Shown: positions 20,125 through 30,578, counted from the stretch's first letter. The stretch: 64,000 bases of DNA from an uncultured Bacteroidales bacterium (GCA_902790595.1 CADASL010000011.1:35861-99860), one strand, 5' to 3'. Translations and numbers: made by a program. Notes: generated from the letters alone by a model not told the origin.

Positions 20125-21309
20125 TTAATCAAGAATCTTGGTAATCTGACCAGCACCTACTGTACGGCCACCCTCGCGGATTGCGAAACGAAGACCTTCG
20201 CTGCAAGCAACTGCTGTAATCAGTTCAACGGTGATTGTCAAGTTATCGCCCGGCATTACCATCTCAGTTCCTTCCGGCAACTTAATCTCACCGGTAACAT
20301 CCAGAGTACGGATGTAGAATTGAGGACGATATTTGTCGTGGAACGGAGTGTGACGACCGCCTTCCTCTTTCTTCAGGATATAAACCTCAGCCTGGAACTT
20401 CTTGTGAGGAGTTACCGAACCCGGTTTTGCGATAACCATACCACGTTTAACCTCGTCTTTGTCGATACCACGGAGCAACAGACCAACGTTGTCACCTGCC
20501 TGACCTTCGTCAAGAAGTTTGCGGAACATCTCAACACCAGTTACAGTTGATTTCTTGTCCTCGCCCAGACCAAGGATCTGAACTTCATCACCTACGTGGA
20601 TAACACCAGTCTCGATACGGCCAGTGGCAACAGTACCACGACCAGTGATTGAGAACACGTCCTCAACCGGCATCAGGAACGGTTTATCAACGTCGCGAAC
20701 AGGCAGCGGAATGTACTCATCAACAGCGTTCATAAGTTCCATTACCTTCTCAACCCATTTCGGCTCACCGTTCAATGCGCCAAGAGCAGAACCCTTGATG
20801 ATTGGGGTGTTGTCGCCATCGTAACCGTAGAATGAGAGAAGTTCGCGAACTTCCATCTCTACCAGCTCGAGCAACTCTGGGTCGTCAACCATATCGACTT
20901 TGTTAAGGAACACAACGATTTTCGGAACGTTTACTTGGCGTGCCAAAAGGATGTGCTCGCGAGTCTGAGGCATCGGGCCGTCAGTAGCGGCAACCACCAG
21001 GATTGCACCGTCCATCTGGGCAGCACCAGTAACCATGTTCTTTACATAGTCGGCGTGACCCGGGCAGTCAACGTGCGCATAGTGGCGTTTTTCTGTTTGA
21101 TACTCTACGTGAGCGGTGTTGATGGTGATACCACGCTCTTTTTCCTCTGGTGCGTTGTCGATAGAGTCGAATGAACGCAACTCAGAAAGACCCTTCTCTG
21201 CCAATACTTTGGTGATGGCAGCTGTCAAAGTGGTTTTGCCATGGTCAACGTGACCGATGGTACCAATATTAACGTGAGGTTTGGTTCTTTGAAATTGTTC
21301 TTTAGCCAT
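20125..21309 (-). CDS. tuf: Elongation factor Tu
   Basis: [27 protein letters not shown] motifs. Confidence 0.99.
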   Translation of the reverse strand: MAKEQFQRTKPHVNIGTIGHVDHGKTTLTAAITKVLAEKGLSELRSFDSIDNAPEEKERGITINTAHVEYQTEKRHYAHVDCPGHADYVKNMVTGAAQMDGAILVVAATDGPMPQTREHILLARQVNVPKIVVFLNKVDMVDDPELLELVEMEVRELLSFYGYDGDNTPIIKGSALGALNGEPKWVEKVMELMNAVDEYIPLPVRDVDKPFLMPVEDVFSITGRGTVATGRIETGVIHVGDEVQILGLGEDKKSTVTGVEMFRKLLDEGQAGDNVGLLLRGIDKDEVKRGMVIAKPGSVTPHKKFQAEVYILKKEEGGRHTPFHDKYRPQFYIRTLDVTGEIKLPEGTEMVMPGDNLTITVELITAVACSEGLRFAIREGGRTVGAGQITKILD

Positions 21310-21349
21310 AATAACCTATTATTTACAATTAGACAATAAATCCCAGTCT

Positions 21350-21424
21350 TGGAGCCGACAATGGGAATTGAACCCATGGCCTCTTCCTTACCAAGGAAGT
21401 GCTCTACCCCTGAGCTACGTCGGC
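21350..21424 (-). tRNA. trnT: tRNA-Thr (GGT), CCA encoded
   Basis: GCCGACGTAGCTCAGGGGTAGAGCACTTCCTTGGTAAGGAAG...GTCGGCTCCA. Confidence 0.97.
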
Positions 21425-21431
21425 CTGCTTG

Positions 21432-21504
21432 AGCGGGAGACGGGATTCAAACCCGCGGCCCTCAGCTTGGAAGGCTGATGCTCTATCGACTGAGCTACTC
21501 CCGC
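21432..21504 (-). tRNA. trnG: tRNA-Gly (TCC)
   Basis: GCGGGAG TA GCTC AGTCGATA GAGC A TCAGC CTTCCAA GCTGA GGGCC GCGGG TTTGAAT CCCGT CTCCCGC T. Confidence 0.95.
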
Positions 21505-21518
21505 TTAAACACGAAAAG

Positions 21519-21601
21519 TGGGAAGAGCAGGATTCGAACCTACGAAGCGATGACGCAGCAGATTTACAGTCTGCCCCAGTTGGCCACTTTGGTATCTTCC
21601 C
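21519..21601 (-). tRNA. trnY: tRNA-Tyr (GTA)
   Basis: GGGAAGATACCAAAGTGGCCAACTGGGGCAGACTGTAAATCTGC..., long variable arm. Confidence 0.97.
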
Positions 21602-21623
21602 AAAACAATCAATAAGACAAATG

Positions 21624-21697
21624 AGCCGATGGAGGGATTCGAACCCACGACCAGCTGATTACAAATCAGCTGCTCTGGCCAACTGAGCTACATCGGC
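21624..21697 (-). tRNA. trnT: tRNA-Thr (TGT)
   Basis: GCCGATGTAGCTCAGTTGGCCAGAGCAGCTGATTTGTAATCAGC...CATCGGCT. Confidence 0.97.
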
Positions 21698-21740
21698 AAA
21701 CATTTACAGAACGTCTTTTCCTCTCTCGGAAAATGGTGTG

Positions 21741-21748
21741 CAAATGTA
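21741..21748 (-). promoter_or_regulatory. -7 element (TACATTTG) for the tRNA-tuf operon
   Basis: Exact TAnnTTTG upstream of the first tRNA. Confidence 0.6.
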
Positions 21749-21794
21749 GACATATTTTGATAAATAAAAACCCTTCGCGATATTTTTTTTGAAA

Positions 21795-22094
21795 TTATAA
21801 TCCGCGCAGCCTTTCTTTGGCCTTCTGCAACTGCTTGCGAAGTGCGTCAACTGAAAGATCCACAGCTTCTTCAAACGATTTGGCCTGGCGGCTGCAGAAC
21901 ACGTCGTCACCTGGTATTTGCACCCTGATTTCGGCTATTTTGTTCTCCGAAATGTCCGATTTTTCGAGTTTCAAGGTAACATCGGCGGCAATAATTCCGT
22001 CATGGAAGGTGTCAAGCTTGCTTACTTTCGCGTTCACAAAGCCCAAAAGTTTCTCGCCGGCATCGAAGTGCAGCGAATGAATGTTTATCTTCAT
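21795..22094 (-). CDS. hpf: Ribosome hibernation factor HPF/RaiA
   Basis: MKINIHSLHFDA...K...KL...SFEEAVDLSVDALRKQLQKAK; rpsU-xerC-hpf synteny. Confidence 0.93.
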   Translation of the reverse strand: MKINIHSLHFDAGEKLLGFVNAKVSKLDTFHDGIIAADVTLKLEKSDISENKIAEIRVQIPGDDVFCSRQAKSFEEAVDLSVDALRKQLQKAKERLRGL

Positions 22095-22310
22095 AATATC
22101 CTCCTTTAAAAAATTAGGTGTTTCATTTAAAATCTTTGAGTCAAATATATCGATTGACTGATAATAAAAAAAGATTTTTCATCGTTTTTGAGCCTCTTTG
22201 TGCATTGTGGCTGATTCACACATTATTACGGAAACGATATTGTTTCGGGCGGAAAACGGGCGAATGGCTGCGCAAAAAAGGGATTACGCTATCAATCAAA
22301 TGCTAACGCA

Positions 22311-23189
22311 CTATGCGCGAGGATGGGCCTGATTGTAAATATTCCTCAGTTTTTCGAAGGTTGTGTGGGTGTAGATTTGCGTGGCGGCCAGATTTGCGTG
22401 GCCGAGCAGCTCTTTTATGGCGTCAATTTCGGCGCCATTGTTAAGCATATGCGTGGCGAATGTGTGCCGAAGCACGTGTGGACTTTTTTTATCCAAAGTG
22501 GTTACAGCGCCGAGGTACTTGTTGACCACGCGATAGACGAGCTTGTCGTAAACCGGTTCGCCTTTGTCGGTAACAAACAGCATATCGTTGTCGATGGCGA
22601 TCTTGTCACGCTCTTCGATATATGATTTGAGGCAAGCCTTGAGCTCAATGCCGAAAGGTATAATCCGCTCCTTGTTGCGCTTGCCCAGCACCTTCAGCTG
22701 CGAGCTGTAAAAATCAATGTCGTATGTCTTCAATCCGCACAGTTCGGCCAGACGCATACCTGTGCAGTAGAATGTGAGCATAATGGCGTGGTCGCGGTGG
22801 CCCTCAAAATCATCAGGGAACTGAAAAAAATCGAACAACTCCTGCATTGCCTTTTTATCGACAAAGTACGGCAGGTTTTTCTCGGTTTTTGGTTTGATAA
22901 TCCTACGCGTTGGCAGCTCATCAATCAAACCCTCACGCATTAGATATTTATAATAGGTCTGAAGGGTGGTTATTTTGCGATTGACGGAACGCGATTTGTC
23001 GCCGTTCTCCATCAAAAAAACAATCCACTCACGAATGACCGTATGGTCAGCCGTGAGTGGATTGAAGTTTTCGTTGGCACTTTGTGCGAAATCGAAAAAC
23101 TGCCGCAAGTCGCTTTCGTAGGCACGAAGTGTATGTGTTGAATAACGTTTTTCGTTTGCTAAATAGTTGGAAAATCCGTTGTCAAACAT
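22311..23189 (-). CDS. xerC: Tyrosine recombinase XerC
   Basis: Catalytic motifs YCTGMRLAEL, VLGKRNKERIIP, SPHVLRHTFATH, LGHANLAATQIYT. Confidence 0.93.
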   Translation of the reverse strand: MFDNGFSNYLANEKRYSTHTLRAYESDLRQFFDFAQSANENFNPLTADHTVIREWIVFLMENGDKSRSVNRKITTLQTYYKYLMREGLIDELPTRRIIKPKTEKNLPYFVDKKAMQELFDFFQFPDDFEGHRDHAIMLTFYCTGMRLAELCGLKTYDIDFYSSQLKVLGKRNKERIIPFGIELKACLKSYIEERDKIAIDNDMLFVTDKGEPVYDKLVYRVVNKYLGAVTTLDKKSPHVLRHTFATHMLNNGAEIDAIKELLGHANLAATQIYTHTTFEKLRNIYNQAHPRA

Positions 23190-23236
23190 AGCAACACTTT
23201 GCCGGAAATCCCCCGATGAATGGGGTGAAAGCCAGA

Positions 23237-23434
23237 TTAAATCTCCTGGCTTGCGTCCTGTAACTGCTGGATGTAGGCAGCCTTGATGATTTCCTTACGA
23301 CGCTCAACAGAAGGTTTTGTAAAAACTTGGCGTGCTCTTAACTCTTTAACCACACCTGTTTTCTCAAATTTTCTTTTGAATTTCTTCAAGGCTCTGTCAA
23401 TGCTTTCGCCCTCTTTTACTGGTATTACAATCAT
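23237..23434 (-). CDS. rpsU: 30S ribosomal protein S21
   Basis: VKEGESIDRALKKFKRKFEKTGVVKELRARQVFTKPSV. Confidence 0.98.
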   Translation of the reverse strand: MIVIPVKEGESIDRALKKFKRKFEKTGVVKELRARQVFTKPSVERRKEIIKAAYIQQLQDASQEI

Positions 23435-23587
23435 AATAAAGTGTTATTGTTTAACATTTCTAAAACAAGGCGCAAATTTAGAAAATGATATGCAATTACA
23501 AAATTTGTCCCCAATTTATTTTTCAAACTTTTTTTTGACAAGACGCAGCTCGCATTTTTTCGCCGGCACACCTATAATATATATATG

Positions 23588-24517
23588 TCAATTCGCTTCG
23601 AGATACGGCGATATTTTCTGATAAGTGAGCGTATCGACGAGTTTGTGCTTCAGCAATTCGTCGACAGATTTGAATCGGCCCATCAGCCGCCGGTAGTTCA
23701 TTATTGAGTTCAACTGAGCTACGGGCATATACGGATGCCGTTTCAGTTCCTTGTACTCGAAATTGTTCAGGTCAATCTTCCGGATTTTTGAGGAATCGAT
23801 GGTGAACTGGATATAAAGGTCGGCGTAGGTTTCGGCTGAGAGATTGCGGATTTCACGCAGCTGCTCAACCGTGTGAAATCCGCCCAACATCTCACGATAG
23901 GTGATTATGCGCTTGGCCAAGACCGGTCCGATGCCGCGAAGAGCGTCGAGTTGCGCGGAGTCGGCGGTGTTCAGCTCAACAACTGGTAACTCGGCCGGCT
24001 GATAACGCGACTTTTTTGTTTCGGGTTTGGCCGATTTCGATGCCGTAGCCCGCTTGGTTTTGGATGCAGGCTTGGCGGCGGTCGTAATCTTGATATACGG
24101 CAAAAGCGCCGCATAAACGGAATCGGTTATGCCGTAAATCTTCGAAAAATCAGCCGGAGTTTTGAACGTTCCGCCCGATTTCCGGTATTTCACAATGTTG
24201 GCCGATATGCGCTCGGAAAGGCCGAGACAGAGAAAATCGTCGTAAGTGGCTGTGTTTGGGTCGAATGTGAATATGGAATCGGGAGCAACGGCAACTTTTT
24301 TGGGTTGCTGCGCATATGATTCGGCGGGCATCGGCTCGTAACTTGCCATAATGGAATCGAACTTGGCAAAATCGGGCTGATGGCGGTTGGATTTGTAAAA
24401 AGCGACAAATCGCGGAAGCAAAGCCACTATGATTATCAAGCACAAAAGAACAATTGTGCCGCTTTGCTGCATCTTGTTCATTGTGAAATACTCGATAAAA
24501 AAACGCTTGATTTTCAT
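23588..24517 (-). CDS. ComEA-like helix-hairpin-helix repeat protein
   Basis: One TM then HhH motifs FDPNTA...LGLS...NIVKYR, LNTADSAQLDALRGIGPVLAKRII, IDLNNF...HPY; probable ATG at 24517. Confidence 0.85.
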   Translation of the reverse strand: MKIKRFFIEYFTMNKMQQSGTIVLLCLIIIVALLPRFVAFYKSNRHQPDFAKFDSIMASYEPMPAESYAQQPKKVAVAPDSIFTFDPNTATYDDFLCLGLSERISANIVKYRKSGGTFKTPADFSKIYGITDSVYAALLPYIKITTAAKPASKTKRATASKSAKPETKKSRYQPAELPVVELNTADSAQLDALRGIGPVLAKRIITYREMLGGFHTVEQLREIRNLSAETYADLYIQFTIDSSKIRKIDLNNFEYKELKRHPYMPVAQLNSIMNYRRLMGRFKSVDELLKHKLVDTLTYQKISPYLEAN

Positions 24518-24528
24518 CGCTTTGCGGA

Positions 24529-26835
24529 TTAGAATGGATAACCGATACCAAACTGCCAAGTTATGCTTTTGAATTTGAACCTGTTATGGAACAGCACCCA
24601 ACTGTCGGGGCCTTCAATTGAAGGATTTTTCACTTTTATTCCGGCATCGAGGCGGATGACGGCAAAGTTCAAATCGAGACGGAAACCAGTACCGGTACCA
24701 ATCGCCAACTGCTTGTAAAAGTTATTAATATCAAATTCCGCACCCGGTCGGTCATCGTCTTTTTTAAGCGCCCAAATGTTGCCGGCATCGACAAACAAGG
24801 CTCCCTTGAAATTTTTGATAATTGTGTATCGGTATTCAAGATTGAACTCGAGCTTGACATCGGCAGTCTGGTTTGGGTACGACGACGCTGTATCGCGATA
24901 GGTGCCGGGGCCCAAATCGCGGACGTTCCAAGCCCTGATGCCATCGGCGCCGCCCGAATAATACTGGCGCACAAAAGGCACGGCTGTAGCGTTCCCGTAA
25001 GGGATTGCAATGCCCGCAAACACGCGCCCCACCAACTGGTCGCGCTCGGAGAAATAATGATAGCGGCGGAAATCGACATCGGTGCGCAAAAACTGAGCAT
25101 ACTGCAAATTGGCAATCTCGTAGTAGCCGCCGGCCACGGTGTCGGCCGTTGATGTGTTTTTGTGCAGAAGATGAAGCAGATTGCCGGCCAAATCGAGATT
25201 CCAACGGAAATATGAGAAGTCAGTATTCTTCGAGGCATCGCGGTCTTGATAAAGAATGCTATAACGACTGCCGATGATAAAATAGTCTTTGTAACTGTTT
25301 TCGATGTACTTGCCGCGGATTCGGTTGTCGAACGCCTCGGTGCGCTCAGGGATGCGGACGGTGTTCAAATCGACAGGGCTGACAAGGAACCGTAAATGGT
25401 CGCCGCGCTTCCACGAATAGGTGACGAGCAGCGATGTGATTTTGCGGGTGTAATCAGGCCGGCGCTGATAGTTGTAGGCCACGGTGAACATTGTTCGCGG
25501 CTCGCTGCGCTTGTACCAGTTCGATGTGCGGAACGGCAGCACAAATGACGGGGTTTCGAGCGAAGACTCGGCACCAAACTCAATGATATTGAACGCCTCG
25601 GTTGTCTCGGTCTCGGTCTGGCGCTGCAACGAACCCGACAGCTTGATGTTGAAAATTTCGGCTCCGTGAAACAGATTCTTGTGCTGATAGTTGAAGTTGC
25701 CGCCAACGCCCAGATTGCCTTGCGTGTTGGTGGCCTCAAGGTTGACGGAATAGTTCTGATAGGTGGACGGTGTGAGCAGCACGTGGCAGTCGAGAAGCGT
25801 GTCGTTGCCAGGCACTTGCGTGAAATTCACGGTGTTTTGGCGGAAAATCCGCAACGAGTTGATGTGGCGGCTCGTCTGCTCAACCTTTCTGACATCGTAG
25901 AGTTGCCCCGGCTCCAAAAGATTGGCTTTCAGAATTGTACGCGGTGTGATTTTCCGCTTGCCGGCGAAAAGAAACACGTACGGGTCGCGGTACAAGGTGT
26001 CGAGGTTTGCATAGTAAGCTGTTTTGTTGCGCAAAGCCTCCTGCGGATTATAGTCAGGGAAAAACGCCACACTGTTGATACGGAACTGACGGGCGTTCGA
26101 TTTCTCGAGATAACCATCGGGATTCTGCACCACAGGACGCTCGACAAGCACCTCAACGTCAGCCAAATAGTTGCTGGTATCGACACTGTACCGGACCAAA
26201 TCGGGACTGAACTGATAATACCCCTTGCTGCGCACCAAATTGACAATTCGGTCGCGCTCGGCCTGCAAGACATTGAGTGTGAAAGGGTTGCCCTTATGCA
26301 GTAAAATGCTGGCCGAATCGGCCTTGATGATTGGCTCAAGAACCGTGTCGCGGATGGTGTAAAAAACTGTGTTTATGTGTGTTTGCCGCCCCAGCTCGAC
26401 ATTGTAGGTAACCTTCGCCTTTTTCTTTTTCCGGGCAATGCTATACGATGCCGACGCGTTGTAATAGGCATTGTTTCTGAGAATTATGTCGAACTGCTTG
26501 AGCGTGCGGTCGGCCAGCGACGTGTCCAAAATCACAGGCTCCTCTCCCACAACCCTGGCGAGCCAGTTTTTCCAACGGCGTTCGTGACCGATGTGGGCAA
26601 AATTGTAGGTCGTCAGGAAGAACGGATAATACCCGAACACGTTGCGGTTGGCTTTTTGGCGGTAATACGACGTCAACTCCTCCTTGTCGAAGCCGCTTTC
26701 GCTGATTTTGGTCTTGTTCCGGCGCAAAAGATACTCATCCTCGGGAACCATACGGGTGATGTTGCAACTCGACATTACGAATGCGCATAATGCTGCAAAT
26801 AAAACACTTATATGGATTTTTCGCCCCAAATTCAT
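24529..26835 (-). CDS. tamL: Omp85-family translocation/assembly module lipoprotein (TamL-like)
   Basis: Lipobox VMSS-C; POTRA region; barrel motifs YYSGGADGIRAW and FKGALFVDAGNIW; ends in QFGIGYPF. Probable ATG at 26835 because a -7 element lies at 26853-26860. Confidence 0.88.
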   Translation of the reverse strand: MNLGRKIHISVLFAALCAFVMSSCNITRMVPEDEYLLRRNKTKISESGFDKEELTSYYRQKANRNVFGYYPFFLTTYNFAHIGHERRWKNWLARVVGEEPVILDTSLADRTLKQFDIILRNNAYYNASASYSIARKKKKAKVTYNVELGRQTHINTVFYTIRDTVLEPIIKADSASILLHKGNPFTLNVLQAERDRIVNLVRSKGYYQFSPDLVRYSVDTSNYLADVEVLVERPVVQNPDGYLEKSNARQFRINSVAFFPDYNPQEALRNKTAYYANLDTLYRDPYVFLFAGKRKITPRTILKANLLEPGQLYDVRKVEQTSRHINSLRIFRQNTVNFTQVPGNDTLLDCHVLLTPSTYQNYSVNLEATNTQGNLGVGGNFNYQHKNLFHGAEIFNIKLSGSLQRQTETETTEAFNIIEFGAESSLETPSFVLPFRTSNWYKRSEPRTMFTVAYNYQRRPDYTRKITSLLVTYSWKRGDHLRFLVSPVDLNTVRIPERTEAFDNRIRGKYIENSYKDYFIIGSRYSILYQDRDASKNTDFSYFRWNLDLAGNLLHLLHKNTSTADTVAGGYYEIANLQYAQFLRTDVDFRRYHYFSERDQLVGRVFAGIAIPYGNATAVPFVRQYYSGGADGIRAWNVRDLGPGTYRDTASSYPNQTADVKLEFNLEYRYTIIKNFKGALFVDAGNIWALKKDDDRPGAEFDINNFYKQLAIGTGTGFRLDLNFAVIRLDAGIKVKNPSIEGPDSWVLFHNRFKFKSITWQFGIGYPF

Positions 26836-26852
26836 TCGACAATGGAATTGCA

Positions 26853-26883
26853 CAAATATAATACGTTGGTTTGATTACTTTTG
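26853..26883. promoter_or_regulatory. Back-to-back divergent -7 elements: TATATTTG (minus, 26853-26860) and TACTTTTG (plus, 26876-26883)
   Basis: Two exact TAnnTTTG matches facing tamL and the methyltransferase. Confidence 0.6.
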
Positions 26884-26898
26884 CGAAAAACATTGATT

Positions 26899-27660
26899 AT
26901 GCTTACCAACAACAAGATAAAACTGATAAAATCGCTCGACAAGAAGCGTGAACGCATTGAATCGGGCTGCTTTGTGGTTGAAGGCGAAAAAATGGTTCGC
27001 GAACTTCTGATGAGCCGTTTCGAAACCATCGAAGTATTTGCAGTTCAACAATATATCGACGAATTGCCGGCAAATTTAAAACGTAAGGCCGAAATCTCCG
27101 CCATTAGCGAGCACGACCTTGAGCGCATCAGTTTTTTGAAGACGCCAAACAAAGCCGTTGCTTTGGCCAAACTTCCCGAAAAACGCACCCCGGCCGACTT
27201 GCGCGGCCTGAGCATTGCGCTCGACAACGTGCAAGACCCTGGCAATCTGGGAACTATTGTACGCACGGCGGCGTGGTTCGGAATCGCGAACGTGTTCTGC
27301 TCGCCCGACACCGTCGATGTTTACAACCCGAAAGTCATTCAATCGACAATGGGCGCCATTTTCAAGGTCAACGTCACATACTGCGACCTTGCCGAATTGG
27401 CCGCCACCGCCCGCAATGCTGGCATTCCAATGTTTGGCACAAGGCTCGACGGCGAGAATCTTTACGCCGCAAAACTGCCGAAAGACGCCATTGTGGTTAT
27501 GGGAAATGAGTCGAAAGGTTTGTCGGCCGAGATTAGCGCACTGATGGACAGCAACTTAAAGATCCCATCGTACGCGCCGCCAACATCTGATATGGAATCG
27601 CTCAACGTGGCTGTGGCAACGGCCATTGTGTGCGCCGAATTTCGCCGGCAAAACGGCTGA
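26899..27660 (+). CDS. TrmH/SpoU family RNA 2'-O-methyltransferase
   Basis: LDNVQDPGNLGTIVRTA, VMGNESKGLS, ESLNVAVA SPOUT motifs; ATG at 26899. Confidence 0.93.
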   Translation: MLTNNKIKLIKSLDKKRERIESGCFVVEGEKMVRELLMSRFETIEVFAVQQYIDELPANLKRKAEISAISEHDLERISFLKTPNKAVALAKLPEKRTPADLRGLSIALDNVQDPGNLGTIVRTAAWFGIANVFCSPDTVDVYNPKVIQSTMGAIFKVNVTYCDLAELAATARNAGIPMFGTRLDGENLYAAKLPKDAIVVMGNESKGLSAEISALMDSNLKIPSYAPPTSDMESLNVAVATAIVCAEFRRQNG

Positions 27661-27698
27661 AAGGCGCTGCTAGAATTTATCAATCAACAAAATAGGAA

Positions 27699-28160
27699 TT
27701 ATTCGGCTTTGCCAGGGTTGAGTCGGACTTTGACCACAACCTTTTTCACAACCGACGGATTGCCGTTTTTCAGGCACGGCAGATGCAAATCGTTGGGGTA
27801 AAAAATAACGAACTCGCCAGCATTCAGGATAATAGGCTCATAATCACCCTCATAGAAGGCAATGTCGCGCTCGTTAGAGTATGGGATTGTCTCTTTCTGG
27901 CCATTTTTCGGCGCAAAGCCAATAATTTCGGTTCCTTTCAGAATATACTGAATATCAATGTATTCCACGTGACCTTCAAGTTGACCTTCGCTTTTGGTGA
28001 CGTACTCACTGATTGACGCGTACATATCGTTGCCGTCAATCGGGTATTTACCCTCGTCGTAATCAATCAAATCGGCCGATTGCAAGTACTCGAAAGCCTT
28101 TGCGAACAACGGATGCAGCGAATCGTACTTTGCGTGATTGGTGAGACTATCCTTAATCAT
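27699..28160 (-). CDS. YhcH/YjgK/YiaL (DUF386, NanQ-like) protein
   Basis: LEGHVEYIDIQYIL, DIAFY, FVIFYPNDLHLP; probable ATG at 28160. Confidence 0.88.
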   Translation of the reverse strand: MIKDSLTNHAKYDSLHPLFAKAFEYLQSADLIDYDEGKYPIDGNDMYASISEYVTKSEGQLEGHVEYIDIQYILKGTEIIGFAPKNGQKETIPYSNERDIAFYEGDYEPIILNAGEFVIFYPNDLHLPCLKNGNPSVVKKVVVKVRLNPGKAE

Positions 28161-28305
28161 ACTCTCTGTTTTTAGCGGCACAAATATAAGGTTGAGTTCG
28201 ATATCTTCTTCGATATTTCGCGCCAATTTTCTTGAGGTTTTTCGGTGACCCCGATATAGTGTTGATTGTCAATCAGCAGCAAAAAGTGAATTAAAATCGA
28301 CACTG

Positions 28306-29862
28306 TCACTTACGTAAAAACTCAGCCGCCTTTTCGGCGCAACGCTGTCCGTCGAGTGCCGAAGAGACAATGCCGCCCGCATAGCCCGCGCCTTCACCAC
28401 ACGGGAAAAGTCCTTGAATCTGAACGTGTTGCAGAGTTTCAGGGTCGCGTGGAATGCGCAAGGGCGAACTGGTGCGGCTCTCGACGCCAATCAGCACGGC
28501 ATCGTTGGTGTAGAAGCCGCGCATTCGGCGGTCGAACTGGCGAAGACAGTCCTGCAGGCGCTGGCGGATAAAATCGGGCAACCACTGGTGCATCGGCGAC
28601 GAGATTATGCCTGGTGTGAACGACGTGCGCGGAAGCGAACCCGACACACGCCCTTCGACAAAATCGGCCAACCGCTGCGCTGGCGCAATCTGGCCCGCAC
28701 CGCCATTGTTGAAGGCAAGCCGCTCATATTGCATTTGAAACTCGAGCCCTGCCATCACGGGGTCAGCGCAAGGCGGAATATCATCGGTGCGCAACTCAAC
28801 CACAATGGCCGAATTGGCCCACTGGCTGCCACGCGCCGACGGCGACATTCCGTTGACAACCATCTCATTATCAGCCGTTGATGCGGGAACAATAATCCCG
28901 CCTGGGCACATACAAAACGAGTAAACCCCGCGCCCACCCGACTGCTGCACAAGGCTGTAGGCCGCGGCAGGAAGATACGGTCCGCGCTGGCGGCACGAGT
29001 ACTGAATACTGTCAATCAAACTCTGCGGGTGCTCAACGCGAACGCCCATCGCAAAAGCCTTCGGTTCGAGCGCAACGCCTTGACGGTGAAGCGAATAATA
29101 GACTTCGCGCGCTGAATGGCCTGTGGCCAGAATAACGGCATCGGAACGTATTTCGTCGCCTGAAGTGGTGCGGATTCCGCGAACGCGGTCGCCATCGAGA
29201 ATCAGACTGTCGAACGACACGCCAAAAAGCACCTGGCCGCCGTGCTCGATTATGGTTTTGCGGATATTTTCGATAATGCCTGGCAGTTTGTCGGTGCCAA
29301 TGTGCGGGTGTGCATCGACCATAATGTCGGGATTGCCGCCGTTGGCGTAGAGAATGCGCAGAACTTCGGAAATGTCGCCGCGTTTTTTCGAACGGGTGAA
29401 AAGTTTTCCGTCGGAATAGGTGCCAGCACCACCTTCGCCGAAACCGTAGTTTGAGTCGGGATTGACGCCCTGGTTGCGGTGAATGGCGGCAATGTCGAGA
29501 CGGCGCGAGTGCACGTCTTTTCCGCGCTCAACAATCACCGGCTTCAGCCCCGACTGCAAAAATTTGAGCGCGGCAAACAGCCCAGCAGGCCCCGCCCCCA
29601 CTATCACAACTGGCTGACAGTGCTCAACATTCGGATAATCAGGCATTTGCCACTCATCGGGCTTCGGCAGTTCATCGATATAGACATCGAGCCGCAGATT
29701 GATTAGCACACGGCCGTGACGCGCGTCGATTGACCGTCCGCGCAAGCGACAGAACGAGATTTGCTCGGTGGAAAGGCCCAACTTTGCGGCAGCGGCGGGC
29801 AGATAGAATTTCTCTGACGACGCCTTTTCGGGCGACAAGGCCAAAGTGATTTCCTTAATCAT
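28306..29862 (-). CDS. NAD(P)/FAD-dependent oxidoreductase
   Basis: VIVGAGPAGLFAA, FGEGGAGTYSDGKL, FCMCPGG, GEGAGYAGGIVSSALDG. Confidence 0.9.
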   Translation of the reverse strand: MIKEITLALSPEKASSEKFYLPAAAAKLGLSTEQISFCRLRGRSIDARHGRVLINLRLDVYIDELPKPDEWQMPDYPNVEHCQPVVIVGAGPAGLFAALKFLQSGLKPVIVERGKDVHSRRLDIAAIHRNQGVNPDSNYGFGEGGAGTYSDGKLFTRSKKRGDISEVLRILYANGGNPDIMVDAHPHIGTDKLPGIIENIRKTIIEHGGQVLFGVSFDSLILDGDRVRGIRTTSGDEIRSDAVILATGHSAREVYYSLHRQGVALEPKAFAMGVRVEHPQSLIDSIQYSCRQRGPYLPAAAYSLVQQSGGRGVYSFCMCPGGIIVPASTADNEMVVNGMSPSARGSQWANSAIVVELRTDDIPPCADPVMAGLEFQMQYERLAFNNGGAGQIAPAQRLADFVEGRVSGSLPRTSFTPGIISSPMHQWLPDFIRQRLQDCLRQFDRRMRGFYTNDAVLIGVESRTSSPLRIPRDPETLQHVQIQGLFPCGEGAGYAGGIVSSALDGQRCAEKAAEFLRK

Positions 29863-30578
29863 TCGAAGCAGAGCACTAAAGTGACCATTTTTGAGCCCAA
29901 ACGGCGGTAAGCGCGGGTGTATTCGGAGCCGTCCTGCTTGACCATATCGAGCAGTCCGTAACTGAATTTCAGTTCGGTAGAATATTTGAAATACTTCAGA
30001 TAGTTGTCGAGTCCGATACCTATTTCGGCATAGACATCCAACTTGTTGAGCCGGATTTTTGGCCGTTCTTCTGGCTTGACCTTTTTACGCGCAGCCAAAT
30101 CGATGGCGGGGTTCAAACCGAAATAAATGTAAGGCCGATAGTTGCTCTCGCGCGTCGAGCGGTACTTGATAAGCGTCGGGAACTGCAACAATGTGGTCTC
30201 GATTTTCATATTGTGCGAACGCAGCAGATAGCCAAGTTCAACTTGGTCATCATCAAGCAAATAGGTTAGCGTGCGCTGACTGAAAGCAAGGCCAGGCAGT
30301 GTGCGCAAATCCCAATTGTCGGCCAACTTCAGGTTGAAGACCATACTGGCGCCGAACAACGCGCCGCCACTATATTCAATGGAATAAACAGTATCGAGCC
30401 GGTTAAACTCGTCGGAATGGCTGATGCTGAACGACATCTGCCCCAACGAGAATGCAAACCCGAAATGGTAAGGCTCGGCATCGTAGAACGGCTTGCACCA
30501 CGGACGCTTTTTCTGCGCCGAAGCACCTCCCGCCACCGCAAAGACTAAAAGAAATATGATTAGCAGCTTTTTTGCCAT
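29859..30578 (-). CDS. porT: T9SS outer-membrane beta-barrel PorT/SprT
   Basis: YD...HFGF...LRTLPGLAF...IETTLLQFPTLIKYRS...GIGLDNYLKYFKYSTELKFSYGL...FE; ATG at 30578 with -7 element TACTTTTG at 30594-30601. Confidence 0.8.
   Translation of the reverse strand: MAKKLLIIFLLVFAVAGGASAQKKRPWCKPFYDAEPYHFGFAFSLGQMSFSISHSDEFNRLDTVYSIEYSGGALFGASMVFNLKLADNWDLRTLPGLAFSQRTLTYLLDDDQVELGYLLRSHNMKIETTLLQFPTLIKYRSTRESNYRPYIYFGLNPAIDLAARKKVKPEERPKIRLNKLDVYAEIGIGLDNYLKYFKYSTELKFSYGLLDMVKQDGSEYTRAYRRLGSKMVTLVLCFE

Noticed and set aside
21429-21910. Track ORFs 21429..21686 and 21704..21910
   Set aside because: They overlap tRNA genes and their promoter.
22311-23189. Tyrosine recombinase next to a tRNA cluster as an integrase of a genomic island
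   Set aside because: About 290 aa with no arm-binding domain, in the conserved rpsU-xerC-hpf context, and no duplicated tRNA 3' end was seen. It is the housekeeping XerC.
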